Assembly: GCA_020057405.1 (NCBI GenBank)
Contig: JAGVFW010000008.1
Location: forward strand, 3,218-67,217
Direction of reading: 5' to 3'
Source: an archaeon
Lineage (GTDB): Archaea; Micrarchaeota; Micrarchaeia; Norongarragalinales; UBA97
Length of the DNA stretch: 64,000 nt
A program made the position numbers and the translations under genes. How positions within the stretch are numbered: the stretch's first letter is position 1; the number at the start of each line of letters is the position of its first letter. Shown piece by piece: positions 50,291 through 59,900 of this stretch. The notes under the pieces are model-generated. The model ran no database searches. It had not been told where the DNA came from and saw nothing but the letters and a program-made list of their open reading frames with translations.

Positions 50291-50992
50291 CTACCGTGAA
50301 TGCTTCACGCCAACCCTTGGGCAGTCCCTTGCAAGCGGGCAGCGGCTGCAGAAAGGCGAGACCGGCACGCAAGTCTTCTGGCCGTGCAAGACGAAAAGCT
50401 CGTTTACCGCTAGCCAATCCTTTTCGGGCAACAATTTCATCAAGGCTAACTCTGTCTTCGCGGGAGTTTTCGTCTCAATTAAACCCAACCGGTTGCTTAC
50501 TTCGTGCACGTGCGAGTCAACAGGAATGGCAGGCAACTCGTGGGCATAGACCATGACGCAACCGGCAGTCTTTCGGCCAACGCCGGTTAGTGACGTAAGC
50601 TCGTCCATGGAGTTAGGCACTACACCGCCGAAATTTTCAAGCAGCTCTTGGCTGCACTTTTTCACGTACTTTGCCTTGGTGCGGTAGAAGCCGACGGGCT
50701 TGATGAGCTTTTGGATGGCGGCGACGGGAGCGGCGGCCAGTTTTTGTGGAGTGGGATATTTTGCAATTAGCGCGTCAGTTGCAATTTCTGTTCTTTCATC
50801 TTTGGTTCTGTGGGATAAAATAGTTCCAATCAAGATGCGGAATGCCTTCAGGTTGTCGCCAACTCGTTCTTTCTTGGCAGTGTCGCTTACGCGCTGCAAG
50901 TGAGTCAGGTCAACAGAGTAAAGTTTGGAGAGCTTGGCGAGGGCGGCTTGGCCGCGCGAACGGCGGGCGAAAACTGAATCCACGCAAATCAA
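50291..50992 (-). CDS. nth: Endonuclease III (HhH-GPD DNA glycosylase/AP lyase)
   Basis: HhH LTSLTGVGRKTAGCV, catalytic region VDSHVHEVSNRLGL, and the C-terminal [4Fe-4S] motif C-x6-C-x2-C-x5-C (CVPVSPFCSRCPLARDC). Confidence 0.9.
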   Translation of the reverse strand: MICVDSVFARRSRGQAALAKLSKLYSVDLTHLQRVSDTAKKERVGDNLKAFRILIGTILSHRTKDERTEIATDALIAKYPTPQKLAAAPVAAIQKLIKPVGFYRTKAKYVKKCSQELLENFGGVVPNSMDELTSLTGVGRKTAGCVMVYAHELPAIPVDSHVHEVSNRLGLIETKTPAKTELALMKLLPEKDWLAVNELFVLHGQKTCVPVSPFCSRCPLARDCPRVGVKHSR

Positions 50993-51042
50993 ATGAGCAA
51001 GCGCAAATAAACCCTTAACGACTCCCGTCGTAGTCGGTTACG

Positions 51043-51051
51043 CTTATATTC
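51043..51051 (+). promoter_or_regulatory. TATA-like box (CTTATATTC) for pyk
   Basis: Abuts ATG 51052 and lies about 26 nt upstream of ATG 51073. Confidence 0.4.
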
Positions 51052-51072
51052 ATGGAGTTGGTTCATAGTCTA

Positions 51073-52485
51073 ATGCGACGAACTAAAATCGTGTGTACCG
51101 TAGGTCCGGCGTGCGACGACCCAAGGCACCTCTTGGGGCTTGTTGAGCACGGGATGGATATTGCGAGGCTCAACATGAGCCACGGAACGCTAGATGAGCA
51201 CGCAAGGCGAGCGAAGCTCGTTCGCGAGAACGCCGAGAAACTAAACCGCACGGTCGGCATCCTCTTTGACATCCGGGGGCCAAAAATCCGCACTGGCCTG
51301 ATGAAGGGCGGAAAAATGCATCTCAAGGAAGGCACGAAACTCACCCTCACCACTGAAAAAGTGCTTGGCGATTCGACAATTATCCCGATTGACTACCCGT
51401 CGTTTTACGGCATGGTGACACAGGGCCAGCAGATTTTCCTCTCCGACGGCATGCTGGAACTTAAAGTTGAGGAAGTCAAGGAAAGCGGAGTGAAGTGTAA
51501 AGTCGTCATCGGGGGAGACCTCTTTGACCGAAAGGGCGTCAACCTGCCGGGTGTCGACCTCAACATGCCGGTATTGAGCGAAAAAGACAAGCGCGACGTC
51601 GAATTTGCAGTCAGCCAGGACGCCGACTTCATCGCCCAGAGCTTCGTCGGAAACGCCCAGGACGTGCGTGACCTGCGCAAGCTTTTGCACAAGCACGGGA
51701 GCGAGGCCTGGATAGTCGCCAAGATAGAGAGCGCCGAAGCGTACCATAACATTGACGAGATTATTGCCGAAGCGGACGCGGTCATGGTCGCGCGAGGCGA
51801 CCTGGGCGTGCAGCTGCCAAGCGAGGACATTCCAATCATGCAAAAGACGATAGTCAGCAAGTGCAACGCCGCTGCAAAGCCCGTCATCATCGCCACGCAG
51901 ATGCTTGAGAGCATGACGAACCTGCCGCAGCCCACCCGCGCCGAAGTGAGCGACGTGGCAAACGGCATTCTTGACGGCGCCTGCGCCCTGATGCTTAGCG
52001 GGGAGACTGCAAACGGCAAGCACCCCGTACGCGTGGTCGAGGTTATGGACCGCATTGCGAGGAAAGCTGAAGCAACTCTACTGCGCTACGAGCGCGCAAA
52101 GGACTTTGACGGGGTAAAGATTACGGGCACTGCTCAGAGCGTGAGCAAGAGCGTGTGCTCGACCGCAAGGGACCTGCACGCGAACGCCATCGTACTTTAC
52201 ACCCACAAGGGGCACACGGCCCGCTTTACCGCAATGTACCGTCCCTTCACGCCCATTATTGGTGCGACCAGCTCGGAACAGGTGATGCGCAAGCTCTCAA
52301 TCGTGTGGGGCGTGCACCCGGTTCTCATCAAGGAACCGAAGACCACCGACGAGCTCATCGACTCGTGCGTCGAGGTGGCCAAGCAAATGCACCTCGTTGG
52401 CAAGGGTGACAAGGTCGTCATCGCGGCCGGCGTGCCAGTGCAGGAACCCAGCCACACTAACTTGATGAAGATTCACGAAGTTTAG
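51073..52485 (+). CDS. pyk: Pyruvate kinase
   Basis: KIVCTVGPA, ARLNMSHG, GPKIRTG, VARGDLGV, ATQMLESM, MLSGETANGKHP. ATG 51073 lies about 26 nt after CTTATATTC. That box directly abuts the ORF-track ATG at 51052, which makes the earlier start unlikely. Confidence 0.9.
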   Translation: MRRTKIVCTVGPACDDPRHLLGLVEHGMDIARLNMSHGTLDEHARRAKLVRENAEKLNRTVGILFDIRGPKIRTGLMKGGKMHLKEGTKLTLTTEKVLGDSTIIPIDYPSFYGMVTQGQQIFLSDGMLELKVEEVKESGVKCKVVIGGDLFDRKGVNLPGVDLNMPVLSEKDKRDVEFAVSQDADFIAQSFVGNAQDVRDLRKLLHKHGSEAWIVAKIESAEAYHNIDEIIAEADAVMVARGDLGVQLPSEDIPIMQKTIVSKCNAAAKPVIIATQMLESMTNLPQPTRAEVSDVANGILDGACALMLSGETANGKHPVRVVEVMDRIARKAEATLLRYERAKDFDGVKITGTAQSVSKSVCSTARDLHANAIVLYTHKGHTARFTAMYRPFTPIIGATSSEQVMRKLSIVWGVHPVLIKEPKTTDELIDSCVEVAKQMHLVGKGDKVVIAAGVPVQEPSHTNLMKIHEV

Positions 52486-52525
52486 CCCCTGGCCACCTGC
52501 TCAAGATTTGAATAATTTCCAACGC

Positions 52526-53572
52526 CTAGGGGGGCATGAACGTGCCGAAGGCGCCGCGCAGGACGCCCAAAGCGGCCAGGTAGATGCCAAGCGAGACTAG
52601 CACGAACGGCAGGACGTACTTTAGACCCTTGATTGCCTTGCCTTCCTGGATTAGCCCCAAAGACAGCGCCGCGAAGAAGGTGGTTATGAAGATGTTTGAG
52701 AGGGAAAACCAGAAAATGTCCTGGGCCGTAATAGAGTCGGGCGAGCGCTTCTTGGTGGCTGACGCAAACGTCGAGAGAGCACCAAGGCCTCCGGCCTGGC
52801 CTGAGACGCGCTTTGCATCGGAGCTCGATTGCTTGACCTGCTGCGCGAGGACTTTCTCGTTCATCTCGCTGTAGAAAGTCGACAGGCTGAATAGTGCCGG
52901 GGCTGCAAGCACTGCAGCGAATATGATGAAGATTGCGTACATCATCGTGCTCGTTATGATTTCCTTTTTCAGGAGCTGTTCTGAGCGGATGTCAACTGCC
53001 ACCGCGTCAAGGAGGGGCGCCATCTCGCCACCCAGGCGGATGCCCTCGTTGATGAGGCGGATGCTGCGCTCCAGGATGGCAGAGTGAACGCGCGAGGTCA
53101 TGCGCGTCAGGCTCTCGGTAATCGGCACGCCTCCGTAGGTGTCGGCACTAACGCGCTTGATTTCGTCGGCCATCGCGCCGAATTCGGGGCGCGCCGCGGT
53201 CCAGACCGCGTTCTCAAGGGTCATGCCGGCGCGGATGTTTGCGCTGATGATTTGGAGCGCTTCTGGGAGGATGGATTCAATGCGCTCGGCGCGCGTGTCG
53301 GCGGCTATGACCAAAAGCAGGTAAAAACCGGTCAGCGAGAGAGCGAAAACGCCTAGGGGCGTCACGACGAGCAGGATGTTGGTTTGCGTGATAAACGGCA
53401 TGATGAAGAACGAGAGGACGGCTAGAAAGAAGGAGAAGAACACTGCAAAGCCCACGTAAATGCGGGGGGAAATGTCGGTGAACCCGCCTTGGAGCATGAG
53501 CCTGCTGGCCCAGCGGGTGATGCCGCGCGGGAGGATGGCGGAAATTTGGTGGTAAATCCTTTCGAACACCAT
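52526..53572 (-). CDS. Type IV pilus platform protein, single T2SS-F domain (TadC-like)
   Basis: TM - soluble T2SSF domain (LPEALQIISANIRAGMTLENAV...ESLTRM..) - TM architecture. Confidence 0.8.
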   Translation of the reverse strand: MVFERIYHQISAILPRGITRWASRLMLQGGFTDISPRIYVGFAVFFSFFLAVLSFFIMPFITQTNILLVVTPLGVFALSLTGFYLLLVIAADTRAERIESILPEALQIISANIRAGMTLENAVWTAARPEFGAMADEIKRVSADTYGGVPITESLTRMTSRVHSAILERSIRLINEGIRLGGEMAPLLDAVAVDIRSEQLLKKEIITSTMMYAIFIIFAAVLAAPALFSLSTFYSEMNEKVLAQQVKQSSSDAKRVSGQAGGLGALSTFASATKKRSPDSITAQDIFWFSLSNIFITTFFAALSLGLIQEGKAIKGLKYVLPFVLVSLGIYLAALGVLRGAFGTFMPP

Positions 53573-53574
53573 CG

Positions 53575-54447
53575 TTAGATCACCGGGCGGCGGCTGCCGA
53601 CGAAGTTCATGAAGAAGAGCTGGAAGCCCGTCAGGCCACCCAACACCGCGATGAGCAAGAGCTTGGGCACCACGACGTTAAGGAGGCCGATGACGACGAT
53701 GAGCATGGTAAGGCCGAGGCTGGGCACGATGACTGCGGCCATCATGTAAATCATCGTAAAGGGCGACAGCTCCTGCCCGTACTTGCGGATTTGGTCGATG
53801 CGCTCGCGGGTGAGCTCGGCCACCTGCAGCTCGAGCACTATCGCAACGTCGCTGCCGACTTTCAGGGCGTTTGAGATTTGCCAGAGCACGCGGCGGAACT
53901 GCGGATTGGGGTTTGACGTTGTTGACTCGGCGATTGCGTCGAGCTCGGGCACGCCTGAATTGATTTTCTGCACTATTTTTCGGAATTCCTTGCTGACTTC
54001 GCCGTAGTCGGTGCTCACGCTCGCCATCGAGTTGAAGAGCGGCACGCCCGACTTGATTTCAATGAGGAGCTGGCGCACCGCCGGAATCAGGGTGGCGTCA
54101 AGCTCGCGCGACCTCTTGCCGGCAATCACCTGCGGGTAGTAGAGTATGGTGATGAAGGTTGCGAAAAAGACTATTATCATGAGGGCAAGGCCGAAGGCGA
54201 GCATGGAAACGTTGTGGGTGACTACAGCAATGACGACGAAGAGGAGCACGATTGCAAAACTGTTGAAGAACGCGGCGGTAAAAGCAAGGGCGGCGTAATT
54301 GCGTGCGGTGTAGTCGCTCTCGGCCTGCAAAAGCGAGTCGTGCATGAAGGGAAAGAACGCCGAGGTGAAGTAGCCGAAGTTCTCAAAGTTGTGTGAAAGG
54401 GATTCCAGTAGTGGGGCGGGGAGTATCGAGAACGGAATGCGCTTCAT
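53575..54447 (-). CDS. Type IV pilus platform protein, single T2SS-F domain (TadB-like)
   Basis: Same architecture (LIPAVRQLLIEIKSGVPLFNSMASV..). Lies 2 nt upstream of the TadC-like gene. Confidence 0.8.
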   Translation of the reverse strand: MKRIPFSILPAPLLESLSHNFENFGYFTSAFFPFMHDSLLQAESDYTARNYAALAFTAAFFNSFAIVLLFVVIAVVTHNVSMLAFGLALMIIVFFATFITILYYPQVIAGKRSRELDATLIPAVRQLLIEIKSGVPLFNSMASVSTDYGEVSKEFRKIVQKINSGVPELDAIAESTTSNPNPQFRRVLWQISNALKVGSDVAIVLELQVAELTRERIDQIRKYGQELSPFTMIYMMAAVIVPSLGLTMLIVVIGLLNVVVPKLLLIAVLGGLTGFQLFFMNFVGSRRPVI

Positions 54448-54454
54448 CCCCCGT

Positions 54455-55948
54455 TCACTCCAGAAGAAGTTTTACAATCTGGCCCTTCTCGGCCAGGCCG
54501 ACGACCGAGTCCTTGTCAAGGTAGTAGCCTGCGATGACGCGCCCCACGTCGTTGACCTTCATAATCTGCTTGTCAACCATCGCTTCAAGGACAGTCTGCT
54601 TGCCCTTCATGTCCTCGAAAATTTCCTTCTGAGTCATGCCAGTGTGCAGCATGAGGTCGTTTGAAATGCGGAGTAAATCGCCGACTTTGCGCAGCTTGTC
54701 CTCGCGCGCGTCAAGCTTGTAGACGATGTTGAGGCTCGCACCGTCATTGGTCTGCAGAAGCTCGGCAATCTCGTAAGTGCGCCTAACGCCGGTGCGCCTC
54801 TGGCGGTACTGGACTAAAATGAGCTGGAGGGACCCGACGAGCATTTCGGGCAGGCTGATTGGCGGGTTGATGAGCCGCTGCTTGACTTGCGAAGCGTCGT
54901 CGGCGTGAAGCGTGCCGTAGACGCTGTGGCCAGTGTGCACGGCCTCGAAGAGGACTTCGGCCTCGCGCTGTCTGCGGATTTCGCCAAGCACGATTCTATC
55001 GGGCCGCATACGCAGGCTGTTTACCATCAGGTCAAGCATCTCAACCCCGCCGCGGCCCTCGGGGTTGGGCTGGCGCGTGCTCATCGGCACCCAGTTGAGG
55101 AACTCCGGCAGCACGAGCTCGCGCGTGTCCTCGATGGTGATTACGCGCTGGTTGGGCGGGGTGAAGATTAAAAGCGAGTTAAGCATCGAGGTCTTGCCAC
55201 TGCCGGTGCCCCCGCCGACGATCATGCTCATTTCGTACTGCATGGCGAGCCAGATGAGTGCGGCTGCGTCGGGGGTAATCGTGCCGTTGGTGATGAGATT
55301 TGAAATCGTCCACGGGTCTTTGGCAAACTTGCGGATGGTGATGGTGTTGCCGTGCGTAGAGATTGGGAAGAGCGTGGCGTTGACGCGGTCCCCAGTGCCG
55401 AGGTTGGCGTCAAGGAGGGGGCTGAGGTTGGTGATTTGCCTGCCGACGCGGCGGCCGATGATGCTCGAGTAATTGTGAATCTGCTCCTCGGTCGGGACGT
55501 AGATGTTGGACTTTAGCCAGCCGTGGCGCTTGTGGTAGACCCAGACTGGCTCGCGGCTTGAGTTTACGACGAGCTCTTCGAGGTTCTCGTCCGCCAAAAT
55601 GAGTTCGAGCTCTCCTAGCCCGAGCATTTCCTGGCTGAGGCGGCCGACGATGATGCGCTCCTCGTCGTCGGTAAGGCCGCTTAGTTCGGCCCTAACGATT
55701 TCGTGCGCCTTTGCGACCAGGCGTTGCTTGACGCGCTCGCCCTCGCGGGGGTCAAGGATTTCGCTTACCTTGATGTTTACCCCTTCGATGATTTTTTCCT
55801 TCAAGTAGTTTATCGCAACGGTCGTCGCTTCCCTCAGGCGCGTGTGGCGGAGCTCGTAGATGCGGACGTACTCGTGCGGCTCTTCCACGATGGCGACTTC
55901 TGCTGGTACGCCCTCGCTTTCTATCTCGTAAGTTTCGAGAACCTTCAT
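54455..55948 (-). CDS. Type II/IV secretion-family assembly ATPase (archaeal PilB/FlaI/TadA-like)
   Basis: Walker A GGGTGSGKTS, Asp box VITIEDTREL, Walker B/His box RPDRIVLGEIR...HTGHSVYGTLHA. Confidence 0.9.
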   Translation of the reverse strand: MKVLETYEIESEGVPAEVAIVEEPHEYVRIYELRHTRLREATTVAINYLKEKIIEGVNIKVSEILDPREGERVKQRLVAKAHEIVRAELSGLTDDEERIIVGRLSQEMLGLGELELILADENLEELVVNSSREPVWVYHKRHGWLKSNIYVPTEEQIHNYSSIIGRRVGRQITNLSPLLDANLGTGDRVNATLFPISTHGNTITIRKFAKDPWTISNLITNGTITPDAAALIWLAMQYEMSMIVGGGTGSGKTSMLNSLLIFTPPNQRVITIEDTRELVLPEFLNWVPMSTRQPNPEGRGGVEMLDLMVNSLRMRPDRIVLGEIRRQREAEVLFEAVHTGHSVYGTLHADDASQVKQRLINPPISLPEMLVGSLQLILVQYRQRRTGVRRTYEIAELLQTNDGASLNIVYKLDAREDKLRKVGDLLRISNDLMLHTGMTQKEIFEDMKGKQTVLEAMVDKQIMKVNDVGRVIAGYYLDKDSVVGLAEKGQIVKLLLE

Positions 55949-56847
55949 CGGCCTCTCCTCTTGATGACGAAGCGCTTGCGAACTGAACCCGATTTCGAGC
56001 CGGGGCGAAGCTTGAACGGCATTGGTAGCTTGCGCGAGCTTGCGGGAGCTTCCTCTTCCTTTTGCGTCTCCGGACGCGCAGTGGCTGTTACCGGCGCCAG
56101 GGTTTGCTTGGGCTTTTCTTCGCCGGGTTTTTCCCCGCTTGCCTCTGGCTTCTCGCCGAGGATTTCATCCGGCCCGGCTTTTGGCTCAGTGGCCGGCTTG
56201 GAGGCCGCCCCCGGCTTCTTGACTATCAGGATGATGTCAAGCAGGTTAAGCAAAAAGTCGATGATGCCGCTCCTTCCTTTTCTTGGCGCGGAGGTCGCGC
56301 GGGCTTCGATGTGGTCAATGCGAGACCTGAATCCCTTGAGCTTGGAATAGAATTCAGTCTCGCGCTCGCCTAGTTTGCGCACTTCCGCGCTGAAGCTTTC
56401 AAGCTGCTGGAGGGCCAAGTCAACTTCAGTGCGCAGGCGGTCAAGTTCCTCGGCAGTAAAGCCCTCGCGCGACTCAAGGTCGGCCAAGAGTTTTTCGGAA
56501 ACGTGAATGCGGCGTTCGATGTCGGTCTCGAAGAATCGGAGCAGGTTCTCGGTAGTCAGGATTTCGCGCTCAAGGCGGCTGACTTCCTCGATTGCGCTCG
56601 TGCCTTCGTCCTTGTCCCCTAATTCCTGCTTTTGGACTGAGGGCTTCTTCTTTGAGACGAGGCGGATGCCTGAAATCGAGTAGTGAACGTCAATTAAGCC
56701 CGCCTCCTCAAGCAAAAGCGCGAAGCGCTCGACTTGCGCGGGCTTACGCGCGACGGCCTTGGCGGCGTCCTTTAGCGATACGCTGCCGCTTGCCGCAATG
56801 TAGTCGGCCAGCCGGTCGATTACAGTCTGAATGTCTTCCTTAACCAC
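55945..56847 (-). CDS. Pilus-locus accessory protein (wHTH-like N-terminus, coiled coil, K/E/P-rich tail)
   Basis: First gene of the minus-strand operon. Its stop overlaps the ATPase start (ATGA). No recognised family. Confidence 0.55.
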   Translation of the reverse strand: MVKEDIQTVIDRLADYIAASGSVSLKDAAKAVARKPAQVERFALLLEEAGLIDVHYSISGIRLVSKKKPSVQKQELGDKDEGTSAIEEVSRLEREILTTENLLRFFETDIERRIHVSEKLLADLESREGFTAEELDRLRTEVDLALQQLESFSAEVRKLGERETEFYSKLKGFRSRIDHIEARATSAPRKGRSGIIDFLLNLLDIILIVKKPGAASKPATEPKAGPDEILGEKPEASGEKPGEEKPKQTLAPVTATARPETQKEEEAPASSRKLPMPFKLRPGSKSGSVRKRFVIKRRGR

Positions 56848-56907
56848 AACAATGGGAATGGACTTTCCGCTATTAAGCCTTGCGCACTACGGCCCAAATG
56901 CCGCCTA

Positions 56908-56917
56908 GCTTTATAAG
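56908..56917 (+). promoter_or_regulatory. TATA-like box (GCTTTATAAG) for the giant pilin-like adhesin gene
   Basis: Centre lies 27 nt upstream of ATG 56940. Confidence 0.45.
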
Positions 56918-56939
56918 AAGCGGCGGAGTAAGAACACCG

Positions 56940-59900
56940 ATGCCGATGCGTAAGGGCATAGTCTTCTCTCTTGACGCAGTGCTGACGCTGCTAGTGCTCT
57001 TGATGCTGGTGCCGCTCTCTAGCTTCTTTAGGCTTGAGACGACGCCGTCTCCCGTGTTCCAAAGCTCGCTGTATTTTCAGGCGCAGGACGCGATTGACTC
57101 TCTTTCGCGAGTGCGGATTTCGGATGTCAGGTCGAATCCGGCGGTTCAGAGTATTTTCGACCAGGGGCTTCTTACGGACGAGGAATTAAATGCGTCTGTG
57201 CTTGACGCCATCGGCGGGCTTTGGGCGATGAACACTACTATTAGCCGGAGTGCGGCGACGAACCTTACCCGCGCCATGCTTGACGGGCTGATGCCCCAAA
57301 GCGTGCAGTGGGGCTTTGCCGCCGAAGTGCCGGGGGGCGAGGACCTGCTCTACAACACTTCACAAATGCCTTCCGACGCGCGCGTGGTGTTCAAGAGCAC
57401 GCGCTACGCGTCCGGCTTCCAGATAAACCAGCCTTCGCGGGGTTACGTCGCACGCGCGGTGTTGGATGCCATCAAGGGCAAGCAAAGCGCGTCATACGCC
57501 TACTTCGGAGGGTTTGTCGGACAGGGCAACGTCACGGCAGCCATTGACGGCGTGCCCGACGATGCGGACGTGAAGTGGATTTATGTTGAAGCCGACTTGG
57601 GCAGCAACGCCACGGTATTTGTTAACGGCGTTCAGTGCGGCACGCTAAACGTGAGCCGCGATCCCATATTTCAGGCGGCAAACGCGACTTACACCGGCGC
57701 AGGTTGCTTAAGCGCGGTTGTGAAGGGAGCGGCAAACACGGTTTTTCTTAACTTCAGCGGTTCTGACGACCTGGTCAAGTACGTTGGCGGCGGTTACGCC
57801 AGCATCACTTACTCGACTCAAAAGTTTGCCGACACTTCGGAAAACCGGACACTCTACCGGTTCCCTGGCATCCGTGGCCTCGTGAATCTGTACGACTCGT
57901 TCTACGTGCCCGGCAATGTCACCAATGCGAGTGCCTACGTCCACATCAACACGAGCTACCAGTTCTACCTGCAAATAGGGAACGCGACAGTCATCAACTC
58001 ATCCGGTGCATCCGGCGAGCAAATGATCTTTATTGACAACGCCACGTTTGCGGCCAACATCAGCAAGGCATTCTACGGCGGGGGAAGCACGCTGAACCCG
58101 CTTGACGCGACAAACGTGCCCGTGCGCCTTGGCCTTGCCAACATCCCGCTAAACCAGGCGGCCGACATTTCACTCTCAATAGACGTTTCGGGAAGCATGG
58201 CAACTTGCGTCGGCGCCAGCGGCATCACCCCGACGAAGAATGAAAACTTTACTGTCGACAACGGCATCCTCTATTGCGGCGCGGTTTCCTACGCCACGTG
58301 CGTGCTGCCCGACTTTGAAACGCGCGTGCAGGGGGCAGTCAACGCGTCCAAGAGCTTTATCGACCACATCATCACCCGCTCGATAAACCGCCTGGGAATC
58401 GCCGAGTTCACGGCCGCAAGCTCCCGCAACAATTTCGGCAGCCCGCCTGCGGGTTTCTACAACTTCATTCCAACCGGCATTTGGCCGTGGATGTCGAAGA
58501 ACTACCCCTACCGCGTGCACCTTGAAATACTCAATAACAACCTCACGCGCCAAATTCCCGCAGGCACGCCTGTAAACTTCAGCTTCAACCACTCGCGCCT
58601 GGCGATTCAAGGCAAGTCTAACGCGAGTGGCTATGACGTGCGCGTGGCGTGGTTTAACACATCACTTGGCACCTACGTCATGCTCGAGCGCTTCAACACC
58701 ACCAAATTCAACGACCCGGCGGCGCAGACGACAGTGTGGTTCCCGCTGCAGCAAAACGTGAGTGCCGGTTCCGTTGACTACAACTACTTTGTCTACTACG
58801 GCAACATGACCGCCACCAACCCGCCCGACGACCCGCGCAGGATTTTCCTGCTCTACGACGACTTTTCAGACGGCGACTACGCCAACTTCACCAACTGGAC
58901 TGCCAGGGTGAACTCCACAGTCTGGAACGTCACGTCCGGCAACCTCACCGTCAACGGCAGCAACTACAAGGCGACGATATTCGCGGGCGATCCAAGCTGG
59001 AGCGACTACGCGGTCGAGGCGGACGCGTGGTTCGGGCCGGTAAACAACAACCAGACCGCAAGCGTGTTGCTTTACTTCAACTCGACGATGACGGGCGGCT
59101 ATGAAACTACGATGATGGGCGCGGCGCTTGACGACTACCGCAACTACTGGTGGAACGGATTAAACGGCTCACAGGCAAGTTACGGCAAGTTCGTGCAGCT
59201 CTCAAGCTCAAACCTCGCTAACATCGCCAACAACCGGTGGTACCACTTCAAGACCGGCATCTACGAAAAGTACCTCCGCTCGTTCCTTGACGGGACGCTC
59301 TACAATACCAACTTCAACTCATCTTACTCCTCCGGCCTCATCGGCCTTGGCGCAGGTGGTGGCACGGGCGCGAATAATGCCTTCGTCAGGTTCAGGAAAG
59401 TTTTCGTGCGCAAATGGATTTACCCGGACCCGACGACAACAGTCAACAAGGAAGAGGCGTTTTCGGGAGGGGGCACGACGATGCTCACACTCGGAATTCT
59501 AAACAACGCGAGCGCCAATGTCTTCAAACCGGTGAATAACACGTTCTCCTACGCAAACGGCACGGAAATCGGCAACAACACGGCAGTGCCATTCATCCCG
59601 TTTGACTCTGCAAGCGCCTCAATTGACTGGAACTACACCCCAGGCGTCACTATCGTTAACGCCACCACCGACTACCCGCCTGCGCCCAACGGCGAGTTCT
59701 CGGAGTCTAACGAGTCAAACAACATCAGCGCAAGAATCGTTTTCAAGCCCGACCTGCGCGTGGACTGGGTTGCGATAACGCCGTTTGCGCCCGTTGCCGG
59801 CGCAGTCAATACCTTTACGCTAAACGCACTCGTCATCAATCAGGGGCCGGTTGACGCAAGCAACATCGTAGTGCGATTTACAAAAGCATCGGGCGAGAAC

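Noticed and set aside
51241-52055. 260-aa and 216-aa minus-strand ORFs inside pyk
   Set aside because: They are antisense to a canonical pyruvate kinase.
55703-56373. 215-aa and 103-aa plus-strand ORFs across the pilus ATPase/accessory junction
   Set aside because: They are antisense to genes joined by an ATGA overlap, and their products are low-complexity.
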